From NCBI RefSeq assembly GCF_001677475.2, contig NZ_CP015229.1: a DNA stretch of 64,000 bases; one strand, given 5' to 3'. A program made the position numbers and the translations under genes. This stretch comes from Escherichia coli (GTDB taxonomy: Bacteria > Pseudomonadota > Gammaproteobacteria > Enterobacterales > Enterobacteriaceae). The notes under the pieces were generated by a model. It had not been told where the DNA came from, ran no database searches, and saw nothing but the letters and a program-made list of their open reading frames with translations. Below are positions 57,167 to 64,000 of the stretch, in pieces (the stretch's first letter is position 1; every line of letters begins with the position of its first letter).

Positions 57167-57575
57167 GCATATCCGCATGGCGATGAATGCCTGGGCATAC
57201 CCTGATGGTGAGAAAGTTCCTGCAGCTGAAATAGCCCGGACTTATTTCGAACTGGGAATGACGTTCCCGGAACTGTACGACGACAGCCATCCGGAAGCCC
57301 TGGCCCGTAATACCCAGAAAATTTTCCGTTGGCTGGATAAAGACACCCCTGATGCTGTTGAAAAAATGCAGGCTCTGTTACCGGCGATCGAAAAGGCGAT
57401 GCCGCCTTTGCTGGTGGCCCGTATGCGCAGCCACAGTTCTGAGTATTACCGTGAGATTGTCGAACGGAGGGATCGGTTGGTGAAAGATGTCGACGATTTT
57501 GTTGCGTCAGCGGTTGTTTTGTATGACCAGATGAATCGCGGCGGCCCGGCAGGAAATGCCGTGGTGATGCACTAA
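57150..57575 (+). CDS. ydaT: YdaT-like (CII-position) protein
   Basis: 141 aa starting MKIKHEHIRMAMNAWAYPDGEKVPAAEIARTYFELG. It follows ydaS, as in Rac. Confidence 0.75.
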   Translation: MKIKHEHIRMAMNAWAYPDGEKVPAAEIARTYFELGMTFPELYDDSHPEALARNTQKIFRWLDKDTPDAVEKMQALLPAIEKAMPPLLVARMRSHSSEYYREIVERRDRLVKDVDDFVASAVVLYDQMNRGGPAGNAVVMH

Positions 57576-57597
57576 CAGCACGGTGTTCGGGGGTTTT

Positions 57598-58566
57598 ATG
57601 AGCAGCAAGCTTCATGGTCTTGTCTGGGAAGGATGCGCCTTCACCGGCATGATCTTATCCCGGGTGGCAGTGATGGCCCGTCTTGCAGACTACAGCAATG
57701 ACGAGGGCGTGTCATGGCCTGCTATTGAAACTATCCGGCGTCAGATCGGTGCAAGAAGTGAATCCACAGTGAAATCGGCTATTGCAGAACTGGCGAAAGA
57801 GGGCTGGCTGACGAAGGAAGAGCGTAAGGTCGGTGGGCGTAATGTAAGCAATATCTATCGGCTTAATGTGGAAAAACTCGAAGCAGCAGCTGCGGCGGCG
57901 CGTGAGTCATATAAACCGAAAAGAAAAATTAGCCCGGCAAAAAATGACCCGTTAACAGTTGACCCGTCAAATATTGACCCCTCAACGGTTGACCCGTCAA
58001 ATTTTGATGGATCAACTGTTGATAAAAAACTGCCGATTAGGGGGACGATGATTGACCCCGATCAGTCAGTATTAAAACCTGATCCGTCAGATGAAAGATC
58101 TTCTTGTCCTGACGTTTCACTGCCGGACAAAAAACAATCATCACCAGTTGAGCGATTTCTGGAGAAACACCCGGATGCGCATACCTGGAATGTGCAGAAG
58201 CGACAGTGGGGTACCCGTGAGGATGTCGCCTGTGCGCAGTGGATTTGGGGACGGGTTGTTGCGTTGTATGAACAGGCCGCCAGTGATGATGGTGAGGTAT
58301 CACGCCCCAGAGAACCTAACTGGACGACCTGGGCGAATGATGTGCGCATGATGCGTATGCTGGATGGACGTAGTCACCGGCAGATTTGTGAAATGTTTGG
58401 GCGTGTCCAGCGGGATTCGTTCTGGGTAAAAAACATCATGAGTCCGGCAAAACTCCGGGAAAAATGGGATGAGCTGGTTATTCGTCTGGGGCGTTCGCCT
58501 GTACAGCGTTGCGTGAATCACATTTCTGAACCGGATACCGAAATTCCGCCGGGGTTCAGGGGGTAA
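57598..58566 (+). CDS. Replication initiator O-like protein (YdaU-like, N-terminal wHTH)
   Basis: 322 aa from MSSKLHGLVWEG. It contains the internal iteron array, which encodes DPLTVDPSNIDPSTVDPSNFDGSTVD. Confidence 0.75.
   Translation: MSSKLHGLVWEGCAFTGMILSRVAVMARLADYSNDEGVSWPAIETIRRQIGARSESTVKSAIAELAKEGWLTKEERKVGGRNVSNIYRLNVEKLEAAAAAARESYKPKRKISPAKNDPLTVDPSNIDPSTVDPSNFDGSTVDKKLPIRGTMIDPDQSVLKPDPSDERSSCPDVSLPDKKQSSPVERFLEKHPDAHTWNVQKRQWGTREDVACAQWIWGRVVALYEQAASDDGEVSRPREPNWTTWANDVRMMRMLDGRSHRQICEMFGRVQRDSFWVKNIMSPAKLREKWDELVIRLGRSPVQRCVNHISEPDTEIPPGFRG
57945..58019. repeat. Five tandem 15-bp iterons (candidate phage origin) inside the O-like gene
   Basis: tgacccgttaacagt, tgacccgtcaaatat, tgacccctcaacggt, tgacccgtcaaattt and tgatggatcaactgt, at exact 15-bp phasing. 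Degenerate copies occur at 58053 and 58080, with an A-rich stretch in between. Confidence 0.7.
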
Positions 58567-58608
58567 GTGCTGATTTGAGGTCATGAAGTTATTTTCTCAG
58601 GAGAGTTT

Positions 58609-59010
58609 ATGGGGGCTATTTATACCGAAGAACAGCGGGAAAGGTTACAGCGTCACATCGTTGACCTTGTACGTAAAAACGGGCGTATGACAATGCCACA
58701 ACTGGCATCGGCAACATATGCTTCACATGATTCCATTCGCCGGTACCTGAAGATGCTGGTGAGCCAGGGCGAAGTGTATGTTGTCAGCGGAAAAGGGGTA
58801 TTCCTTTCAGAGAGAGTTTACCGTGAATGGCTGGCAAGTTCGGCAAAAAAATCAAGGGTTATCCGCAAACCAGCACAAAAACAGGGTAAGGCCGGAGTAC
58901 AACCCTACGACCGGCACCAGAACGTAATTTGCCGGGAATGTCGTAACAGCGAATCAATGCAGCGGGTACTGGCTTTTTACAGGGGTGGATTTCAGGAGCT
59001 CGTATCGTGA
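58609..59010 (+). CDS. Hypothetical winged-helix-like protein
   Basis: 133-aa ORF starting MGAIYTEEQRERLQRHIVDLVRKNGRMTMPQLASATYASHDSIRRYLKMLVSQGEVYVV. Confidence 0.6.
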   Translation: MGAIYTEEQRERLQRHIVDLVRKNGRMTMPQLASATYASHDSIRRYLKMLVSQGEVYVVSGKGVFLSERVYREWLASSAKKSRVIRKPAQKQGKAGVQPYDRHQNVICRECRNSESMQRVLAFYRGGFQELVS

Positions 59011-59315
59011 AAAAGTGGGTGCGTGCCGAGATACTGATTCTACGGCAGTGTGCGGGAACAATGACGGTGGAATGCATCGGGATGCTTATTGGTCGTAGTG
59101 AGGCTGCGGTCAGAACGAAAGCGCGGGAACTGGGTATTAGTATGATGTTACGGGGTGATTATCACCAGTCAGCAAAATATCCGCAGAGTGATATTGAGCT
59201 GGCGCGACAGCTGCATCAACGTGGCGTGTCCAGGAGAGAAATCGCCAGAAAATTTGGAATGCCGCTGCGCACAGTGAATAACTACGTTTATTTCGACAGG
59301 AGGGTGTCTGCGTGA
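59007..59315 (+). CDS. Hypothetical HTH protein (two sigma-region-4-like HTH repeats)
   Basis: 102-aa ORF containing IGMLIGRSEAAVRTKARELGIS and REIARKFGMPLRTVNNYV. Confidence 0.6.
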   Translation: MKKWVRAEILILRQCAGTMTVECIGMLIGRSEAAVRTKARELGISMMLRGDYHQSAKYPQSDIELARQLHQRGVSRREIARKFGMPLRTVNNYVYFDRRVSA

Positions 59316-59557
59316 AAATCCTGTATCAGGATTACGGCCCGGTGGGACAGGTGGTTATCAGCAGTACTGTAATGGAGTTCCGGAAGCATAACCGTGTGGT
59401 GGATGCAGTGCTGTTAGCCTGTCCGGGGATATCGGCGAGCCGTGCAGGTGTGTTTTTTATGAAGACGAAGTTATATGGCAGTACAGCGTGGATAAAGAAG
59501 GCGTACCGGGTAGCGTTGCAGGAGGTAAACAGTGAGCGAATCGGCAACCATTCTTGA
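59312..59557 (+). CDS. Hypothetical phage protein
   Basis: 81-aa ORF translationally coupled to its neighbours. Confidence 0.5.
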   Translation: MKILYQDYGPVGQVVISSTVMEFRKHNRVVDAVLLACPGISASRAGVFFMKTKLYGSTAWIKKAYRVALQEVNSERIGNHS

Positions 59558-60020
59558 TATGTCCTGTGGCAGTCGTATGTTCTGGTTCGATAAGAATGAC
59601 GACCGGGCGATATTTAGCGATATCAGAAAAGAAGAGCACACATTATGTGATGGACGACGCCTGATAATTAGCCCTGACCTGATAGCAGATTTTCGTGCAT
59701 TACCATTTGCAGACGCATCGTTTCCGGTTGTTGTATTCGACCCTCCGCATCTTGAGCGTGTTGGTGATAACGCCTGGATGGGAAAGAAATATGGACGGCT
59801 GAATAAAGATACCTGGCGTGATGATTTGCGGCAGGGATTTAAAGAAGCCTTTCGTGTGTTGTGGCCACACGGTGTTCTGATTTTTAAATGGAATGAAACG
59901 CAAATACCTGTCCGCCAGATATTGGCACTAACCGACGCGAAACCAATCATCAGCCAGCGCACCGGTAAGAACGATAAAACACATTGGATTATTTTTGTGA
60001 AGGAAGCGACCAGTGGGTAA
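59532..60020 (+). CDS. Small SAM-dependent methyltransferase, putative orphan DNA (N6-A/N4-C) methyltransferase (GTG start)
   Basis: 162 aa with a motif I-like ILDMSCGSRMF and a motif IV-like VVFDPPH. A strong SD AGGAGG lies upstream of the GTG. There is no adjacent endonuclease gene. Confidence 0.65.
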   Translation: MSESATILDMSCGSRMFWFDKNDDRAIFSDIRKEEHTLCDGRRLIISPDLIADFRALPFADASFPVVVFDPPHLERVGDNAWMGKKYGRLNKDTWRDDLRQGFKEAFRVLWPHGVLIFKWNETQIPVRQILALTDAKPIISQRTGKNDKTHWIIFVKEATSG

Positions 60021-60267
60021 ATCAAAATGCCAGGTTTATGGCAACAAGATAGAACCGTGTACGGCACTGGCAAACTCCCTTGAGCATGATGCTGAATACA
60101 CGACGCGAAAAGGTCTGCTGATATACGAAATCTGGAATGAGAGTTTAACTCGCGGCCCTGATTTGGTGATGTTGCGATCCGGTGAATTTTCTAAATCACC
60201 AGTTCGGGTTTCATTTTTCCCGTTCTGCGGTGAAAGTCTGAAAACGTGGGAGAACAGAAATGAATGA
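60013..60267 (+). CDS. Hypothetical phage protein
   Basis: 84-aa ORF with a GTG start and an SD AAGGAA 7 nt upstream. Confidence 0.5.
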   Translation: MGKSKCQVYGNKIEPCTALANSLEHDAEYTTRKGLLIYEIWNESLTRGPDLVMLRSGEFSKSPVRVSFFPFCGESLKTWENRNE

Positions 60268-60571
60268 AATTAGAGAAATACCAGTAGAACGTGATGAATA
60301 TGGCTGCTGGACACATCCAGAATATGAAAAATTCTGTGACGGTCGGGAATATATTTCAACGGAAGAGTTTAACGCCTGGATGAAGGAAAATAATCTTCAG
60401 TGGACTATTTGCAGCATGGATGAAGATTATTTAAATCCGGTTGCAGATGACCCCGATATTTCCGCCTGGGAACCGGAACGACCAGAGGGCGAAGGCTGGT
60501 TTATTAGCTCCATTCATGATACTGAAGATGGTCCGGTTTGTGTCTGGTTGCGAAACAAGGTGATGGCATAG
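60260..60571 (+). CDS. Hypothetical acidic phage protein
   Basis: 103-aa ORF coupled to its neighbours. Confidence 0.55.
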   Translation: MNEIREIPVERDEYGCWTHPEYEKFCDGREYISTEEFNAWMKENNLQWTICSMDEDYLNPVADDPDISAWEPERPEGEGWFISSIHDTEDGPVCVWLRNKVMA

Positions 60572-60874
60572 ATGAGAATAGAAAAAGCGAAAGCACAGCT
60601 CAGGATAATGCTTGCTGGTCCGGCTGCGAGTTATATGACACATTCACCAGCCATAAAGAAGGTTCTTGATGAACTGGAAGCCAAAGACAAGCGCATTGCA
60701 GAACTGGAGGCGAGGGAAATCCAGTTACCTGCTGGCTTCGACCTTCGATATGGACACCCGATAAATGCTGATGAGCGACATGTGATGATACCTAAAGAAA
60801 ATGGCAACTGGATTTATCGGACTGACTTAGAGCACGTACTACGTGTTGCAGGGATTCGAATTAAAGGAGACTAA
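60572..60874 (+). CDS. Hypothetical phage protein (coiled-coil segment)
   Basis: 100-aa ORF; the ATG immediately follows the previous stop. Confidence 0.55.
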   Translation: MRIEKAKAQLRIMLAGPAASYMTHSPAIKKVLDELEAKDKRIAELEAREIQLPAGFDLRYGHPINADERHVMIPKENGNWIYRTDLEHVLRVAGIRIKGD

Positions 60875-60875
60875 C

Positions 60876-61232
60876 GTGGAAATAAAACCAGAAGATGAGT
60901 TAAGTAATATTGTTTTATTTCCGGTAAAAGAGGATGACCCACGTAATCAGGTTAATTTTCTTTATGAGCCATCGGAAAGACCATATTGTCATCACGCCTC
61001 TGTCCGGGTTGACGAAAAAGAGCGTCAGGTCCGCTGTAAAATCTGCGGTGCAGTTGTGGAGCTATTTGACTGGATGCTCTCTGTGGCGAAAAGAGAAACC
61101 AGACTGGCAGATGATGTAAGGATCTTGCGCCAGGAGGAACGGGAAAGGCGGAGAAATATAGAAAAGCTAATTCAGATTGAGCGTAACGTGAAAGCGCGGA
61201 TACGCAGGGTGACAAAATCCAGAACTGAATAA
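60876..61232 (+). CDS. Hypothetical phage protein with a CxxC motif (KICGAV) and a basic coiled-coil tail (GTG start)
   Basis: 118 aa from VEIKPEDELS. An SD AGGAG lies 7 nt upstream, and the start is just after the previous stop. Confidence 0.5.
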   Translation: MEIKPEDELSNIVLFPVKEDDPRNQVNFLYEPSERPYCHHASVRVDEKERQVRCKICGAVVELFDWMLSVAKRETRLADDVRILRQEERERRRNIEKLIQIERNVKARIRRVTKSRTE

Positions 61233-61280
61233 TTAAATTTAGCTCTGTTAAAAATTTAATCCTTAACCGGAGGTATATCA

Positions 61281-61493
61281 ATGTCAAACGCACAGAAAGT
61301 TATTAACGCTGAAAAATATAACGAGTGGGTGAAAAAGTTCTCAGAGCAGATTTTTAAAATTACTGGCGACGAGAATGCGGCAAAAAATGAATTAGAGCCG
61401 TGGACACCTGAAGGTGTCGACCCAAATTATTGCTGGTGGGATGTTGATCCAGTTGATGCTGCAAATGAAGCTATGAGTTATCACAACGATTAA
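61281..61493 (+). CDS. Hypothetical acidic phage protein
   Basis: 70-aa ORF with an SD GGAGG upstream. Confidence 0.5.
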   Translation: MSNAQKVINAEKYNEWVKKFSEQIFKITGDENAAKNELEPWTPEGVDPNYCWWDVDPVDAANEAMSYHND

Positions 61494-61528
61494 TGTCAGG
61501 AGGCCGCCCGAAAGGGCGGTAATGAAAA

Positions 61529-62362
61529 GTGACTGAATTAACCAAAGAGCAATTAATCGAAGAAGCCAAATTAAAAATAGCGATTGCGAAATGCTACCCC
61601 AGTTCAGGGATGGCACGGGTAGAGGGCGAGTTATTCAAAATTGCACTGGCATCGCTGGAAGCAGAACCAATAGGTGCTTTCCACATTGTAGAACAGCAAG
61701 TTGACGGAACAAGTTACTATATCAAGGATGGGGAATGGCCTATTGATACTGGGATTATTGAAGTCTACGCCGCCTCACCGATGACGGTAGTGCTGAACGA
61801 TGTATCTGGACCTCTTGCTCTTGCTTACAAAGAGCTTACACCTGCGATTATGCGCAACCATATCGCTGTATTCGAACGATACGGAATAACCCCAAACGAT
61901 AGCATTACTACAATTCATGCGCTTCGAATTGCGCTGGATGGCATAGAGCGGAGCGACGCCATGCTTCATGGACGTCAGCCATGCCATCAAATTACCGCCT
62001 CAATGGCAAAAGCTATTGCGCTTAAACTTGGTGCCGAACTGAATAACGAAGAAGCAGAGATTTTCGCGGATGGGTATAACACCGCCATGCTTCATGCCGA
62101 AAACTTTCGGGAAAATAAGAATTCGTCAACCAATAATTTTCGGATAACCTCGGAAACGTCAACCAACTCTCCGGCAATCCCTGATGAGGTGTTGTCCGCA
62201 ATCCTGAAGGTCGCCAGGCTTCGTGCAGATTTCGATGCTTCTGAAGGTGACAGGCGAGGTATCGGTGGTTGTCTGGATGAGGCCGAGCAAGAACTTATCG
62301 TTACCATTAACAAATACGCCAGTCAGATCGCAGTAGAAGCGATACAGGGGGCGCACCAATGA
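61529..62362 (+). CDS. Hypothetical phage protein (Ead/Ea22-like region, GTG start)
   Basis: 277-aa ORF. The assignment rests only on its position and general resemblance to lambdoid accessory proteins. Confidence 0.5.
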   Translation: MTELTKEQLIEEAKLKIAIAKCYPSSGMARVEGELFKIALASLEAEPIGAFHIVEQQVDGTSYYIKDGEWPIDTGIIEVYAASPMTVVLNDVSGPLALAYKELTPAIMRNHIAVFERYGITPNDSITTIHALRIALDGIERSDAMLHGRQPCHQITASMAKAIALKLGAELNNEEAEIFADGYNTAMLHAENFRENKNSSTNNFRITSETSTNSPAIPDEVLSAILKVARLRADFDASEGDRRGIGGCLDEAEQELIVTINKYASQIAVEAIQGAHQ

Positions 62363-62471
62363 GCCGGCCCGATGCATTTGCAGGCGTTGCTATAGCTATT
62401 GCTTTTCCAGTATATGTTATTTGTCGGTGGGGGTAAAAACGTTCGCCGGAATTCACACCAAGGGAGGGAAT

Positions 62472-62576
62472 ATGTCGGATGATATTTCACTGGTAATGGA
62501 AGGCGCTCTGGCTGTTATTGCTGTTGTGGGTGTTTACTGCCTGGTTGTGTTTTTGATGGATCGCCTGGGGAACTGA
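62472..62576 (+). CDS. Candidate 34-aa single-TM peptide
   Basis: MSDDISLVMEGALAVIAVVGVYCLVVFLMDRLGN, with a strong SD AGGGAGGGAA upstream. It is below the ORF-track cutoff. Confidence 0.4.
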   Translation: MSDDISLVMEGALAVIAVVGVYCLVVFLMDRLGN

Positions 62577-62711
62577 ATTCATTCCGTATGGGAATTCCCA
62601 TATCGGGCAAAAACGGTTTGCTGTAAAGCGAGAGTTAAGTAGAATTGCTGCGGGTGCTTGAGGCTATCTGCCTCGGGCATGCCGCCGTAAGGCAGACAGA
62701 GAAAAGCCCCA

Positions 62712-62772
62712 GTTAACATTACGCGTCCTGCAAGACGCTTAACATTAATCTGAGGCCATATCTATGACTTGC
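62712..62772 (-). ncRNA. sok: Sok-like antisense RNA (approximate ends)
   Basis: A minus-strand promoter, TTGCCT (62802-62807), 17 nt, TAACCT (62779-62784), would start transcription near 62772, antisense to the mok start. A hairpin gcgtc-ttgcag-gacgc lies at 62722-62737. Confidence 0.4.
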
Positions 62773-62976
62773 ACACGTAGGTTAGCCTCTTACGTGCCGA
62801 AAGGCAAGGAGAAGCAGGCTATGAAGCAGCAAAAGGCGATGTTAATCGCCCTGATCGTCATCTGTTTAACCGTTATAGTGACGGCACTGGTAACGAGGAA
62901 AGACCTCTGCGAGGTACGAATCCGAACCGGCCAGACGGAGGTCGCTGTCTTCACAGCTTACGAACCTGAGGAGTAA
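62764..62976 (+). CDS. mok: Mok-like overlapping reading frame (modulator of hok translation)
   Basis: 70-aa ORF in frame with and containing hok, which is the typical hok/mok arrangement. Confidence 0.5.
   Translation: MTCTRRLASYVPKGKEKQAMKQQKAMLIALIVICLTVIVTALVTRKDLCEVRIRTGQTEVAVFTAYEPEE
62821..62976 (+). CDS. hok: Hok/Gef-family type I toxin (HokD/RelF-like)
   Basis: 51 aa, MKQQKAMLIALIVICLTVIVTALVTRKDLCEVRIRTGQTEVAVFTAYEPEE. It matches my recollection of K-12 HokD. Confidence 0.9.
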   Translation: MKQQKAMLIALIVICLTVIVTALVTRKDLCEVRIRTGQTEVAVFTAYEPEE

Positions 62977-63143
62977 GAGACCTGGCGGGGGAGAAATCCC
63001 TCGCCACCTCTGATGTGTCAGGCTTCCTCAACGCACCCGCACTTAACCCGCTTCGGCGGGTTTTGTTTTTTCTGTGCATTCTGGTTTACAATTCGCACGC
63101 CAGCCTGAACAACTGGCACCTGCTGCGCCAGCAGAGACAACCG

Positions 63144-63422
63144 ATGGCGCACGATACCAAATTACACAATTCTGATGATTCTGCCGTTTTTGCCAGCAGG
63201 CACGGGCTGCGTTCTCACGCATTCAAATATGACTGGTATCAGCACGATCCCTGCACTGAAGAACAGGCCGAATGGCTGATTCATAACTACCGCAGACGTG
63301 GGTATGAGTTTAAGAAAGCCCTCAGTCTCGATTATCGTCACTGGATAATCTACGTCAGACTCCCTTATTCCGAACGCCCGCCGCGTCCATCCCGCACATT
63401 CCAGCAACGGATCTGGAGGTAA
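63144..63422 (+). CDS. Hypothetical phage protein
   Basis: 92 aa from MAHDTKLHNSDD. The ORF-track start at 63015 (GTG) adds an implausible hydrophobic leader that overlaps the hok 3' structure. Confidence 0.5.
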   Translation: MAHDTKLHNSDDSAVFASRHGLRSHAFKYDWYQHDPCTEEQAEWLIHNYRRRGYEFKKALSLDYRHWIIYVRLPYSERPPRPSRTFQQRIWR

Positions 63423-63423
63423 C

Positions 63424-64000
63424 GTGCGGGTATTACTTCGACCTGTTCCGGTGCCGGAACTCGGGCTGGTGGTCCTTAAGCCGGGCCGTGAATCCATGCA
63501 GGTATTTCATAACCCTCGAGTGCTGGTGGAGCCGGAACCGAAAAGCATGCGCGGTCTGCCGTCCGGAGTTGTTCCTGCCGTTCGCCAGCCGCTGGCGGAA
63601 GATAAATCATTGCTGCCATTTTTCAGCGACGAACGGGTGATTCGTGCTGCCGGCGGCGCTGGTGCACTGTCTGACTGGCTCCTGCGTCATGTTAAATCCT
63701 GCCAGTGGCCTCATGGTGACTACCATCACAGTGAAACCGTCATACATCGTTACGGTACCGACGCGATGGTGTTGTGCTGGCACTGCGACAACCAGCTGCG
63801 TGACCAGACCTCAGAATCACTTGAGCAACTTGCTCAACAAAACCTGACAGCATGGATGATTGACGTCATCCGTCACGCAATAAGCGGTGCGCAGGAGCGG
63901 GAATTATCGCTGGCTGAATTATCCTGGTGGGCTGTCTGCAATCAGGTGGCGGACGCACTACCGGAGGTAGTATTACGTCGTTCTCTGGGGTTACGTGCGG
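63424..64000 (+). CDS. DUF968-like (YdfU-like) phage protein, 3'-truncated by the window end (GTG start)
   Basis: An open frame runs from GTG 63424 to the window edge, reading VRVLLRPVPVPELGLVVLKPGRES...CQWPHGDYHHSETVIHRYGTDAMVLCWHCDNQLRD (Cys/His cluster). It is absent from the ORF track because no stop is reached. Confidence 0.65.
   Translation, partial: MRVLLRPVPVPELGLVVLKPGRESMQVFHNPRVLVEPEPKSMRGLPSGVVPAVRQPLAEDKSLLPFFSDERVIRAAGGAGALSDWLLRHVKSCQWPHGDYHHSETVIHRYGTDAMVLCWHCDNQLRDQTSESLEQLAQQNLTAWMIDVIRHAISGAQERELSLAELSWWAVCNQVADALPEVVLRRSLGLRA

Larger units (their letters stand above)
49777..64000. mobile_element. Lambdoid prophage, left end to beyond the window; mosaic of Qin-like and Rac-like modules. 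The left boundary is approximate.
   Basis: The region contains int, xis, an exonuclease, dicB/dicF, repressor/cro/cII-like genes, an O-like gene, nin-type genes and hok. It begins where potB homology stops. Confidence 0.9.

Noticed and set aside
59471-60073. 200-aa minus-strand ORF antisense to the methyltransferase gene
   Set aside because: It would run against an uninterrupted series of translationally coupled plus-strand genes, and it has no motif content.

Overview
This window is Escherichia coli chromosome with K-12-like gene order: flgL (3' part), rne, rluC, yceF, sraB, yceD-rpmF-plsX-fabHDG-acpP-fabF, pabC-mltG-tmk-holB-ycfH, ptsG, fhuE, hinT-ycfL-lpoB-thiK-nagZ-ycfP, ndh, ycfJ, comR, bhsA, ldtC, mfd, ycfT, lolCDE, nagK, cobB, ycfZ-ymfA and potD-potC. 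Gene identities rest on six-frame translations matching my recollection of the K-12 proteins; no search was run. Two accessory regions interrupt this backbone. (1) A six-gene chaperone-usher fimbrial operon (13.1-19.1 kb, minus strand) lies between fabF and pabC, and the 5' third of pabC looks replaced along with it. (2) A lambdoid prophage starts at about 49.78 kb and runs past the window end. It is inserted in the 3' end of potB, so potC-potD are cut off from the rest of the pot operon. The prophage is a mosaic. Its left arm resembles Qin (int, xis, a giant YdfE-like exonuclease fusion, ydfD, dicB, dicF sRNA, ydfC/B/A). Its immunity region resembles Rac (racR/ydaS/ydaT with mirrored PL/PR operators). 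After that come an O-like replication gene with 15-bp iterons, an orphan methyltransferase, nin-region small genes, a complete hok/mok/sok locus and a DUF968-like gene. The best candidate for something undescribed is about 0.9 kb inserted into the dicBF operon between ydfC and dicF. It holds an oppositely oriented 148-aa two-transmembrane protein, an overlapping 33-aa hydrophobic upstream ORF, and a GC-rich hairpin-dense non-coding stretch. bhsA (ycfR) also carries an in-frame amber stop. I saw no tRNA, rRNA or CRISPR array.
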